Shown piece by piece: positions 52,403 to 61,722 of a stretch of DNA of 64,000 bases. Position 1 is the first letter of the stretch, and each line of letters begins with the position of its first letter. Origin of the DNA: Clostridiales bacterium (GTDB lineage Bacteria > Bacillota > Clostridia > Monoglobales > JAIRYP01); NCBI GenBank assembly GCA_031267755.1, contig JAIRYP010000002.1, positions 6,306-70,305 on the forward strand. Direction: 5' to 3'. The notes below the pieces were generated by a model. The model searched no databases. It was given only the letters and a program-made list of their open reading frames with translations, and had not been told where the DNA came from. A program made the position numbers and the translations under genes.

Positions 52403-53428
52403 TTGATGCACAAGCCAGTAATGCTCAAGGAGGTTATAAAACTTTTAAATCTAAATCCAAATGGTATTTACGTTGATGGGACTGTTGGTTGTGGTGGCCA
52501 TGCGTCTCAAATATATTCTTCACTTAGTGATTTAGGAAAGCTTATTTGCATTGACATTGACAGTTCATCTCTTGATGTTTTGTATAATAGAGCCACCAAA
52601 GGTTTTGTGAGTTGCATCAAAACACATCACGACTTTGTTAATACTGACCGTTTTAGAACGCGCGATAGGGTCCATTACGGAAAGTATGCGGTTTTGTTTG
52701 GAAATGCTTTTTTCGTTAATGATAATTTTTTTAATATCACAAATATTTTAAATAATGTTGGAGTAAAGAAAATTAACGGAGCGCTTTTGGATCTCGGAAT
52801 ATCTTCTCTTCAATTGGATGATAGAAATAGAGGATTTAGTTATAGTTTAGATGGACCTCTTGATATGAGGATGAACGAAGATTCTCCTTTTGCCGCATAT
52901 GACGTAGTAAATACATATGACGAACCTGAACTTACAAGAATTTTTTTTAATTATGGCGAAGAAAAATTCTCCAAAAATGTTGCGCGCAATATAATTAAAT
53001 ATAGAAAAAATAGCCCCATTAACTCTACTTTTAAACTTGTTGAAATTATTAAAAAATCAATTCCTACAAAATTGTGGTTTGACATTAAACATCCAGCCAA
53101 AAGAGTGTTTCAAGCAATTAGGATTGAAGTTAATCGCGAACTCTGTGGACTTGAAAATGCAATTGAAGATTTTTTGTCGCATTTGGACATTGGTGGACGC
53201 ATGTTGATTTTAACTTTTCATTCGCTAGAAGACAGGATTGTGAAAAGAACTTTTGCTAAGAAGTCTATTGGCTGCACGTGTCCTGGGTGGTTTCCGACAT
53301 GCACATGTAATAACGGGTCGCAATTTTTGATCATTACAAAAAAACCAATCACGCCAACCCGCGAAGAAGTTCTTAATAATGGTCGTTCTAGAAGCGCTAA
53401 GCTTCGGGTAATTGAAAGAATAGCCTAA
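52403..53428 (+). CDS. rsmH: 16S rRNA m4C1402 methyltransferase
   Basis: HKPVML, DGTVGCGGH, DLGISS.QLD, FHSLEDR and RSRSAKLR motifs. Confidence 0.95.
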   Translation: MMHKPVMLKEVIKLLNLNPNGIYVDGTVGCGGHASQIYSSLSDLGKLICIDIDSSSLDVLYNRATKGFVSCIKTHHDFVNTDRFRTRDRVHYGKYAVLFGNAFFVNDNFFNITNILNNVGVKKINGALLDLGISSLQLDDRNRGFSYSLDGPLDMRMNEDSPFAAYDVVNTYDEPELTRIFFNYGEEKFSKNVARNIIKYRKNSPINSTFKLVEIIKKSIPTKLWFDIKHPAKRVFQAIRIEVNRELCGLENAIEDFLSHLDIGGRMLILTFHSLEDRIVKRTFAKKSIGCTCPGWFPTCTCNNGSQFLIITKKPITPTREEVLNNGRSRSAKLRVIERIA

Positions 53429-53476
53429 CTTGGCTGTGTGTTTTGAGGTATTATGAGGCGTTAGAGGAGCTTTAAA

Positions 53477-53788
53477 ATTGAAAAAAATCTTTTAAGTACT
53501 AATACAATAATTAAAAAAACAAAATTTTGGTTGCAGATAATAAAATTTTTGTGTGTGGGATGTATATTGGTTGGGGTTCAATCGATATCAAACGAGATTG
53601 TTTTTAAATTAAAAAAGATTAAACAAAATTATGAAACGATTTTAAGCGAGAACAGTCATTTGTATTTTCAACTTGAAAACGAGTTAAGTTTTAAAAACAT
53701 AGAAAAATTATTATGTGACAAGTTCAAAATGAGCTCTCCCGACAACAGAGACGTATTTTACGTGAAAATTGATGGCGACGATCCTTAA
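53477..53788 (+). CDS. FtsL-like cell division protein
   Basis: Position after rsmH; TM plus coiled coil. The frame extends to ATT 53477, 7 nt after GAGGAG. Confidence 0.6.
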   Translation: MEKNLLSTNTIIKKTKFWLQIIKFLCVGCILVGVQSISNEIVFKLKKIKQNYETILSENSHLYFQLENELSFKNIEKLLCDKFKMSSPDNRDVFYVKIDGDDP

Positions 53789-55264
53789 AGACAAAAAGGG
53801 GAGCTAAAATCAGCAATATTGTTTGTTGTTTTAAGTTTTTAATAAATTAAAAACAAAAACATTGTGGATTATTCGGGAAGATTTTGAATAGTTTTGGAAA
53901 CAAAGGCAATTTTAAACAAAACGTTGAAAATATTAAATTTAGAAAATTAATTCTTAATAATTAGAATAGAATAAAAATCAAGAAGTTAATGTATTTTGTT
54001 AAAGAAGTTTTAAGAAGTTTTGTTATTAGAACGTGTACGATGAATTGGAAACTTGAAGTATTGCAATTATTTTTTTGTTTTTTGCAAGTTATTAAGAACG
54101 AAAAATTGTTTGAGCTTTGAGCGAAAAAGATTTAGTTTTGAGCGTTTTGGATTTTTAAAAAATGTGCTATAAAAATTTGTGTTTGAATAAATAAATTAGA
54201 AAATGTGCTTGTTTTTTTATAAAATTTGTGGGTAAATTTATATTTTAAAAAATATATAACAATTTGTGAATGTTTTTATTTTTTGTCAAACAACAAATTA
54301 AAAAATAAGTAACTTAATATAATTTTAAAAAATTATCAAAAACGAATATTTAGTATTGATAAAATTTTTGTTCAGCTATTTAGACTTTACATTACTGCGC
54401 AAAAATTTATAAATAATTATTATAAAATATTTTTTATAATTTGGGTGCTTTAATTTTAAAAAGTTTGTTAATTTTATTAATTATAAAAAAGCTTGTTATG
54501 TTTACAACAAAATTAATTATCCATATTAAAAATTTAAAAATTATTTTTTGATTTATTAGTTTACTTCTTGTTTTATATTTAAAGCTTGAGCGTTTAATAA
54601 TTTATAAAATTCAATATTATTTTTAGATGATTAGTTTTTATTTATAATAATATGAAAAGCGCGATTATATTAAGTCAGCTTATTAAAATTTTACATATGT
54701 TGAAAAATCTCATACGATGAAAATTTTGGTGTTTTTAGAATGAAATTTTAGGAAGATAAGCCACGGATAAAGCAAATCAATATGTGACATAAAAATAAAA
54801 AAAAGAAACCAAACTACCTTTAGATATTGTTTCTCTTTAATTGTTTAAAAATTATTTTATTTACTTTAAGTTGTGTTTGATGCATTACAATGAAAAATTT
54901 TATGAAAAAACAAGCCAACAACTATCGAATTTTATATTTTATGTTAAAATTAGTACATATTTAAATTTATAATTGTTTAAATTGCGTGTTTATAAAATAT
55001 ATATAAGAAAAATCTTGATAAAAAATAATTAAAGCTAAACGAGCTTTGTGTATATCAAAAGTTAAAACTTTAGAGTTATATGAATTGCGTGGTTGTGATT
55101 TATAAATATTGCAAAAACAAAGCAAATTTTTATTTAATTTTGAATTAAAGGAACGATTTAAGGTTATTAAATTTTTGAAGTTTTTGTTTAATTAATTTAA
55201 AATGGTTTTTTATTTAGTTTAAAATTTTTGATAAAAATATTTTATAATTTTTTGAGGCGATGCA

Positions 55265-57493
55265 TTGAAAATAAATACGGTTGGTCGCATACAAAAAATC
55301 AGAATAAATATACTATTTTTTTTATTTGTTTTGTTTGCACTTGTTCTTATTGGTCGCATTGGATGGTTTCAAATTAATCGAGGAAACGAGCTTGCAAACA
55401 AAGCAATTGAACAACAAACGGGAGATAAGTTTGTTGCATCGGCTCGTGGCACAATATATGATCGAAACGGAAATACATTGGCTGCGAGTGCAGATGTAGA
55501 AAGATTGGTTGCAACACCCGTACAAATCAAAACAAACAAAAACCAAGAAGTTATTATTGATGGTTTATCTGAAATTATTTCAATCGATAAAGATGTAATT
55601 TTAAAAAAAATTACTGAGAAAAGTTGTGGTGTTGACATTAAAAGAGGAATTGAAAAAAACGAAGGAGACGAGATCAGACATTTTATTTGGGAAAACAAAG
55701 TAAGTGGGTTAGAGCTTGTGAAAGATACCAAGAGATATTATCCATATGAAAATTTTGCATCTCATATTATGGGATTTGTTGGAAAGGATAATCAGGGTCT
55801 TGAGGGGATAGAAAAAGCTTTTGATAAAAATTTAAGAGGAAAGCCTGGTCGTATTGTTTCAACCAAAAACGCAGCTGGAATTGAAATGCCCGTTAGAATC
55901 AGAAAATATATAAGGCCAGTTGATGGAGCAAATATTTTTTTAACTTTAGACGAGGTTATTCAACATATTGTTGAGAAATTTTTAGAAACTGCGGTTGTTG
56001 AGAATAAATTAAATTGTGGTGCAGCAGCAATTGTTATGGATGTTAAAACGGGAGGGATTTTGGCAATGGCCACAAAACCCGATTATAATCCAAATAATCC
56101 GTTTAACATAACTCCTGATATTGAAAATAAAATTCCCGGAATTAAGCAAGAACTTGAAGAATTGAAGGGCATAGAATATTCAAAGCGTCTCACCGAAACC
56201 GTTTCTCCTCTTTGGAGAAATAAGGCCGTTGTTGATTCTTACGAACCAGGATCAACCTTTAAGATTGCAACTATTGCGTCAGCTTTAGAAGAGCAAGTTG
56301 TTAAACTTAACGAAGCGTTTTTTTGTAAGGGAAGTGTAAAAGTTGGTCCTCACACTATGCATTGTTGGCGAAGAAAAGGACATGGTCCTCAAACGTTTTT
56401 AACCGCCGTACAAACTTCTTGTAATCCTGTATTTATAGAAATTGCTTCTAGAGTTGGCTCGGTTAAGTTTTATAATTACATCAAAGGTTTTGGTTTTAGA
56501 GATGTAACTGGCATTGAATTGCCTGGCGAAACGTCAGGTGTGTTTTTTAATGAGAAAGACTTCAAAGATGTTCAGGTTGCAACAACTTCTTTTGGGCAAG
56601 GTTTTCAAGTTACTCCCCTTCAAATGATAAACTTTGTTTCAGCGATTGCAAATGGTGGAAAAATGCTCAAACCGCATTTAGTTAAACAAATTATCGATTC
56701 AGACGGAAACATAATAAAAAATTTTGATTTGCAAGAGATTAAACAAATTGTGTCTTCGGACACATGTAAAACTATTGCGGAAATACTCGAAACAGTTGTA
56801 TCTACCGGAGGAGGGAAAAACGCATATGTGGCGGGTTTTAAAATTGCAGGGAAAACAGGAACATCGGAAAAACTACCAAGAGGCAGCAAAAAATATATTT
56901 CTTCATTTATAGGTTTTGCTCCAGCTGACAATCCTGAAATATCAATATTAATCACACTTGATGAACCCATGGGTGAACAGTATTATGGTGGAGTTATTGC
57001 AGCTCCTGTTGCGGGTGGAATTCTCGACGAGACTCTTAAATATTTGGGAGTTGAACCGCGTTATACCGAGGAAGAATTAAAAAAAACAAACGTTTCCGTT
57101 CCAGATTTGGTTGGGCTTACTGTGAATGAAGCAAAAAGGGCCGCAGAAGCCATTGGAGTAAATGTTGTTCTTCAAGGAAGCGGTGTTTTAGTTATCGAAC
57201 AAATTCCAAAACCTTACATGAGTTTTGAACGAGGCTCTTCAATTATAGCTTATACTAATTATGAAAACGGAAAAACAAAGGTTGTTGTGCCAAATGTTGT
57301 GGGCATGAATATGCAGGATGCTAAGAAAAATCTGATTGATTCTGGTTTAAACATAAAAATAAGCGAAAGTTTTAATAAAAACATTGGTGTGTGTTCTTTT
57401 CAATCTATCGAAGGGGGCGTGCACGTTGAGACTGGAAGTGTTGTTGTGATTGAGTTTGAGCGTTTAGATAAGAGCGCTTGTGGCAATTGGTGA
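55265..57493 (+). CDS. class B penicillin-binding protein (FtsI/SpoVD-like) with two PASTA domains
   Basis: RGTIYDRNG, RYYP, GLEGIE, EPGSTFK, SCN and KTGT motifs. Confidence 0.93.
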   Translation: MKINTVGRIQKIRINILFFLFVLFALVLIGRIGWFQINRGNELANKAIEQQTGDKFVASARGTIYDRNGNTLAASADVERLVATPVQIKTNKNQEVIIDGLSEIISIDKDVILKKITEKSCGVDIKRGIEKNEGDEIRHFIWENKVSGLELVKDTKRYYPYENFASHIMGFVGKDNQGLEGIEKAFDKNLRGKPGRIVSTKNAAGIEMPVRIRKYIRPVDGANIFLTLDEVIQHIVEKFLETAVVENKLNCGAAAIVMDVKTGGILAMATKPDYNPNNPFNITPDIENKIPGIKQELEELKGIEYSKRLTETVSPLWRNKAVVDSYEPGSTFKIATIASALEEQVVKLNEAFFCKGSVKVGPHTMHCWRRKGHGPQTFLTAVQTSCNPVFIEIASRVGSVKFYNYIKGFGFRDVTGIELPGETSGVFFNEKDFKDVQVATTSFGQGFQVTPLQMINFVSAIANGGKMLKPHLVKQIIDSDGNIIKNFDLQEIKQIVSSDTCKTIAEILETVVSTGGGKNAYVAGFKIAGKTGTSEKLPRGSKKYISSFIGFAPADNPEISILITLDEPMGEQYYGGVIAAPVAGGILDETLKYLGVEPRYTEEELKKTNVSVPDLVGLTVNEAKRAAEAIGVNVVLQGSGVLVIEQIPKPYMSFERGSSIIAYTNYENGKTKVVVPNVVGMNMQDAKKNLIDSGLNIKISESFNKNIGVCSFQSIEGGVHVETGSVVVIEFERLDKSACGNW

Positions 57494-57704
57494 TATTATT
57501 TAAAATTGTTTTGTAAAATTTTGTGTTAAATGTTTATTTGATGATATTGTTGGTCTGGCATTTATAAAAAATCAACATTTTGTGTGAGACTTTGAAAAAT
57601 AAAATGTATTTTTGTTTTAAATATCAGTTTTAAGAGTATTTAAGTTTTAAAATTAGTGTGGATCAATTTAAGATTTGACCTTGTTTTGGGTTATTTGTGT
57701 TTAG

Positions 57705-60700
57705 TTAATCATTTAATATTATTGTAAAATTTTCATTATTTTTAATTGTTTTTAAATCAATCACAAGCGGTTTTTTAAGTTTATTTTTTTGGTTTGGATT
57801 TTTGATTTTTATTTCTATTATTTTGTTTTCGTGTTTATATTGAATTTGACATTCATTCCAATATGATGGAAGTTTCGGGTTTATATTTAAAACGTTTCCA
57901 TTTAAATTAAAACCTATAATTTCTTCGATTCCCGTTCTATACATCCACCCAGAGGCCCCAGTATACCACGACCATCCTCCGCGACCACGATGCTGAGAAT
58001 TTGTATAAACATCAGCTGCCAAGACATATGGTTCTATTTTATAGTTATCAGCACCTTCTTTCGTTAAAGAATGATTTATTGGATTTAACATTGCAAAAGC
58101 TTCATATGCTTCGTTACACATATTGAGTCGAGATAAAGCTATAATGGCCCATATTGCTGCATGAGTATACTGGCCACCGTTTTCTCTAACCCCCTCAACG
58201 TATCCTTCAATGTATCCCGGACTTGGATTACTTGTTTTAAAAGGAGGCGTCAGGAGTTTGATTAATTTATTTTCTTTATGAAATAAGTATTTTTGCATAT
58301 TTTCAATTGCTAGTTTAGTTTTTTCTGTTTCTCCTCCTCCAGATATTACAGACCAACTTTGAGCGATAGAATCGATTATACATTCTTTGTTTTCGATTGA
58401 GCCAATACAAGATCCATTATCAAAATATGCACGTTTATACCAATTTCCATCCCATGCGTTTTCGTTTATAGACTTCGAGATTTCTTTAGCAATGTTTTTA
58501 TAATTTTCTGATCTTTGATTATCTTTCATTAAAATTGAAATTTCTGAAAATTTATTTAATATGTCAATTAAAAACCATCCAACCCAAACACTTTCCCCTT
58601 TTCCTTGATTTCCAACTTTATTCATTCCGTCATTCCAATCTCCGCTTCCCATAAGAGGAATTTTGTGTTTTCCAAAAACTAAGCTTTTTTCTATGGCGCG
58701 AATGCAATGTTTATAAATATTTTCTTCTTTTTGTGAAACGTTTGGTACAAAATATTTTTCGTCGGTATTTTCGTCTAAAATTTTACCTTCAATGAAGTGA
58801 ACTTTTTCGTCTAATATTTTATAGTCTTCAGTTTTTTTTATATATTCGCACACCGAAAAAGGGAGCCATAGCAAGTCATCTGAAAATTTTGTGCGTATAC
58901 CTTTATCTCCACAACCAATGATTTTGTTTTTATTTTTTATTTCCCAACCGATTGCGTCTTTTTTTTGATTGTGTGAAATTTCATTATTTATATTTTTTTC
59001 AACACTTTCATTTATTTCGTGTTCGGTTTGACTTTCGTGCCACCAATGCTGTACATCGCCTTCTAAAAATTGATGATTGGCATGCTTTATAATTTGATTT
59101 TTTGTTATTTGTGGTAGAGAATAAATTGTTGCCAATGAATCTTGAAGTTGATCTCTAAATCCATATGCTCCGCCCGATTGATAGTTTGAGCTTCTTCCAA
59201 AAATTCTGCATGAAATTGTTTGATATAAAAGCCAAGAATTTATCATGATGTTGAAAGATTCGTCAGGAGTTTTAATCTGTATCTTTTCGGTTATGTTTTT
59301 CCAGTTTTGAACAACTTTTAAAAGTTCTCCTTCAGTATTTTCTATTTTTTCATATTTTTCGCATAGTTTTAAAATTTCGGCTTTGTTTTCTTCTTCGCCA
59401 ACTAATATTACAATTTTTTTTTCTTCGTTTGGCTCGAGTATGATGTTAAGCCTTAACGCAATACACGGCTCGCCTTCAGTTGCTGTGCTATTGTTTAATT
59501 TTTCAGTTAAAACACCTTGTGGAATCTTATCTAATTTTGAGTTTCCAAAAAATTCAAGTCTGCTATTTGTAAAGTCGAAAATTTTTTCAGAACAATGAAC
59601 AAACATTATTTTTTTAGAAAAACTAGAGTTATATTTATTTTCGGCGACAATGGTGCCATTTTTAAGTTTTTTTATTTTTATAAATCGGTTGTTCGTCTCA
59701 GGAAATGCACCCATAACAACTTGAACGTAATAAGAAAGCGTTAGATCTTTTTTTGAATTTTCAAGGTTTTTTAAACTTAAAAATATGATTTTTACTGGGT
59801 CTTCTCTTGGAACAAACATCTTTAAATTTTGGTATATTTTGTTTGTTGTGTTTTCAAATGTTGTATAACCAATTCCATGGCGCACTATATGTTCGTTTGT
59901 ATTTTTCGAGAAATTTTCAAATGGTGAAAAAACGCATCCTGTTTTATTATCACAAATATATAATTTTTCTCCTGTTTGATCGGTTAATGTGTCGCCGAAC
60001 CATGGAGTTAGTCTATTTTCTCGGCTGTTTTCGCACCAAGTATAACCGCCTCCTTTTTCGCTGATTACAAACCCAAGCTTTGGATTTGAAATTACATTTA
60101 CCCACGGAAGAGGAGTGGACTCGTTATTTTTAAGTATTATTACATATTCATTGCTTGCAACATCAAACCCGCCATAACCGTTCCAAAATTTGAGTTTCGA
60201 CATGTCGATTTCTGGAGGCTTTAAAGAATAATTAAAGAAATCTAACGCAAAAGGAAACTCCTTTTTGTTTAGTATATTTGGTTTATTTTCTAAAATGTTT
60301 GAGAATTCTTTATCGTTTATTACGATTCTTGACCCGGCAAACAGAAGATTTATAAACTCGTCATTTAAATTTTTTCTATTCAAAATAAAAATTCCATCTG
60401 AAGTGTTTTTAAAGTTTATTAAATAACGTGAATTTACTAGATTTATAATTTTTTCTTCGAAGTTTTCATATATTAAAATCAAATCAACTTTGAACAGCTT
60501 ATGTTTCCAAAATTCATGAGCGTTTAAAATTTGTTTTATATATTCAAAGTTTCCATCTATTATTTGTAAAGTTATAATTGGGTTGTCGCCAGATATTCCG
60601 TATTGCCAAAATCCATCCTGACCCTTCGTATTTTTTTCTGTAAAGATTTCTAATTCTTTAGGTTTCGGTTGTGAAAAAATTATTTTTGAAAGTAACTTAT

Positions 60701-61661
60701 AATACAATTTTTGTTCAATCGATGAAAAGCCAAAATATTTATTTTCAATTTCGCTTTTGCCTTCTGAAAGACTTAAGATTTTTTCAAAGGTTGAGTTTTG
60801 ATAATATTTTATAGTGTTTATTGCTTCGCTTCGACTAGGTGAATAACCGGTGGCAAAGGTAAAGCTTTTGCATTCGTTAGGTTTTAATGTGAATTTTGTT
60901 CGAATTGATGCGATGGGGTCCAGAACTGCGCCGGTGGTTCCTGATAGTTCATCATATTTTTTTAATTCTTTTGGATTTAGAACGGTTTTGTTTCTACCCA
61001 AAAATTTCATTCTGTCGGTTTCGTAAGTTATTTTGTTTTTGTCGACGTTTTTTAATAAAGTGTGGAATAAAAAATGTTTTTGTTCGTTTTGGCTTCTTGG
61101 CCTTCGATTTGCAATAATAGAATTTGTATCGTTTAGGTATTCTGTTTGTATGAATAAGTTACTAAAAGACATATGTGCAATGTCTGCTTCAATTGGACAA
61201 AGCGTTATTTCCATATAACTTGTCAAGTCAAAACTTAGCTCTTCTGTACTTTTGTTCGTTATTTTAATTTTGCGAAGCTCAACCGAATGTTTGTTTGATA
61301 CTATGACTTGCATCGTTGTTAAAATATTTTCGTCGCATCTCGAAAACGTTGCTAGGTGAGATTTATATTCAACTTCATATTTGCTTGGTTTAGTAAAGCT
61401 TGGTGCAAAGCTTGCGCTCCACATTTTTTCGTTTGTTAGGTTTCTAATATAAAAAAATATTCCATAAATTCCAGAAATAACGTCTTCTCTAAATCTTGTT
61501 AAGAAAATATTTGAAAATTTTAAATATCCCGTCCCAAAATCAGTGTTGACGCTTGCAAAATCAGAATCAGAAATTACATGTATTTTTGGTGAGTTAAATA
61601 ATAACTTTGAATCAGATGGGCTAGTTTTAAAAAAATTTGAATCATTGAGATTTTTTAACAT
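57705..61661 (-). CDS. GH94 phosphorylase-like protein, corresponding to the C-terminal half of cyclic beta-1,2-glucan synthase (Cgs/NdvB)
   Basis: PWVNVISN, YQSGGAYGFRDQLQD, GDWNDGMN, ENGGQYTH and WSWYTG motifs. Own AAGGAG SD before ATG 61661. Confidence 0.88.
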   Translation of the reverse strand: MLKNLNDSNFFKTSPSDSKLLFNSPKIHVISDSDFASVNTDFGTGYLKFSNIFLTRFREDVISGIYGIFFYIRNLTNEKMWSASFAPSFTKPSKYEVEYKSHLATFSRCDENILTTMQVIVSNKHSVELRKIKITNKSTEELSFDLTSYMEITLCPIEADIAHMSFSNLFIQTEYLNDTNSIIANRRPRSQNEQKHFLFHTLLKNVDKNKITYETDRMKFLGRNKTVLNPKELKKYDELSGTTGAVLDPIASIRTKFTLKPNECKSFTFATGYSPSRSEAINTIKYYQNSTFEKILSLSEGKSEIENKYFGFSSIEQKLYYKLLSKIIFSQPKPKELEIFTEKNTKGQDGFWQYGISGDNPIITLQIIDGNFEYIKQILNAHEFWKHKLFKVDLILIYENFEEKIINLVNSRYLINFKNTSDGIFILNRKNLNDEFINLLFAGSRIVINDKEFSNILENKPNILNKKEFPFALDFFNYSLKPPEIDMSKLKFWNGYGGFDVASNEYVIILKNNESTPLPWVNVISNPKLGFVISEKGGGYTWCENSRENRLTPWFGDTLTDQTGEKLYICDNKTGCVFSPFENFSKNTNEHIVRHGIGYTTFENTTNKIYQNLKMFVPREDPVKIIFLSLKNLENSKKDLTLSYYVQVVMGAFPETNNRFIKIKKLKNGTIVAENKYNSSFSKKIMFVHCSEKIFDFTNSRLEFFGNSKLDKIPQGVLTEKLNNSTATEGEPCIALRLNIILEPNEEKKIVILVGEEENKAEILKLCEKYEKIENTEGELLKVVQNWKNITEKIQIKTPDESFNIMINSWLLYQTISCRIFGRSSNYQSGGAYGFRDQLQDSLATIYSLPQITKNQIIKHANHQFLEGDVQHWWHESQTEHEINESVEKNINNEISHNQKKDAIGWEIKNKNKIIGCGDKGIRTKFSDDLLWLPFSVCEYIKKTEDYKILDEKVHFIEGKILDENTDEKYFVPNVSQKEENIYKHCIRAIEKSLVFGKHKIPLMGSGDWNDGMNKVGNQGKGESVWVGWFLIDILNKFSEISILMKDNQRSENYKNIAKEISKSINENAWDGNWYKRAYFDNGSCIGSIENKECIIDSIAQSWSVISGGGETEKTKLAIENMQKYLFHKENKLIKLLTPPFKTSNPSPGYIEGYVEGVRENGGQYTHAAIWAIIALSRLNMCNEAYEAFAMLNPINHSLTKEGADNYKIEPYVLAADVYTNSQHRGRGGWSWYTGASGWMYRTGIEEIIGFNLNGNVLNINPKLPSYWNECQIQYKHENKIIEIKIKNPNQKNKLKKPLVIDLKTIKNNENFTIILND

Positions 61662-61722
61662 ATGAAGTCTCCTTAAAGTATTTTTCAATTTTTTATACAA
61701 AATTCAATAAATTTTTTTATTT

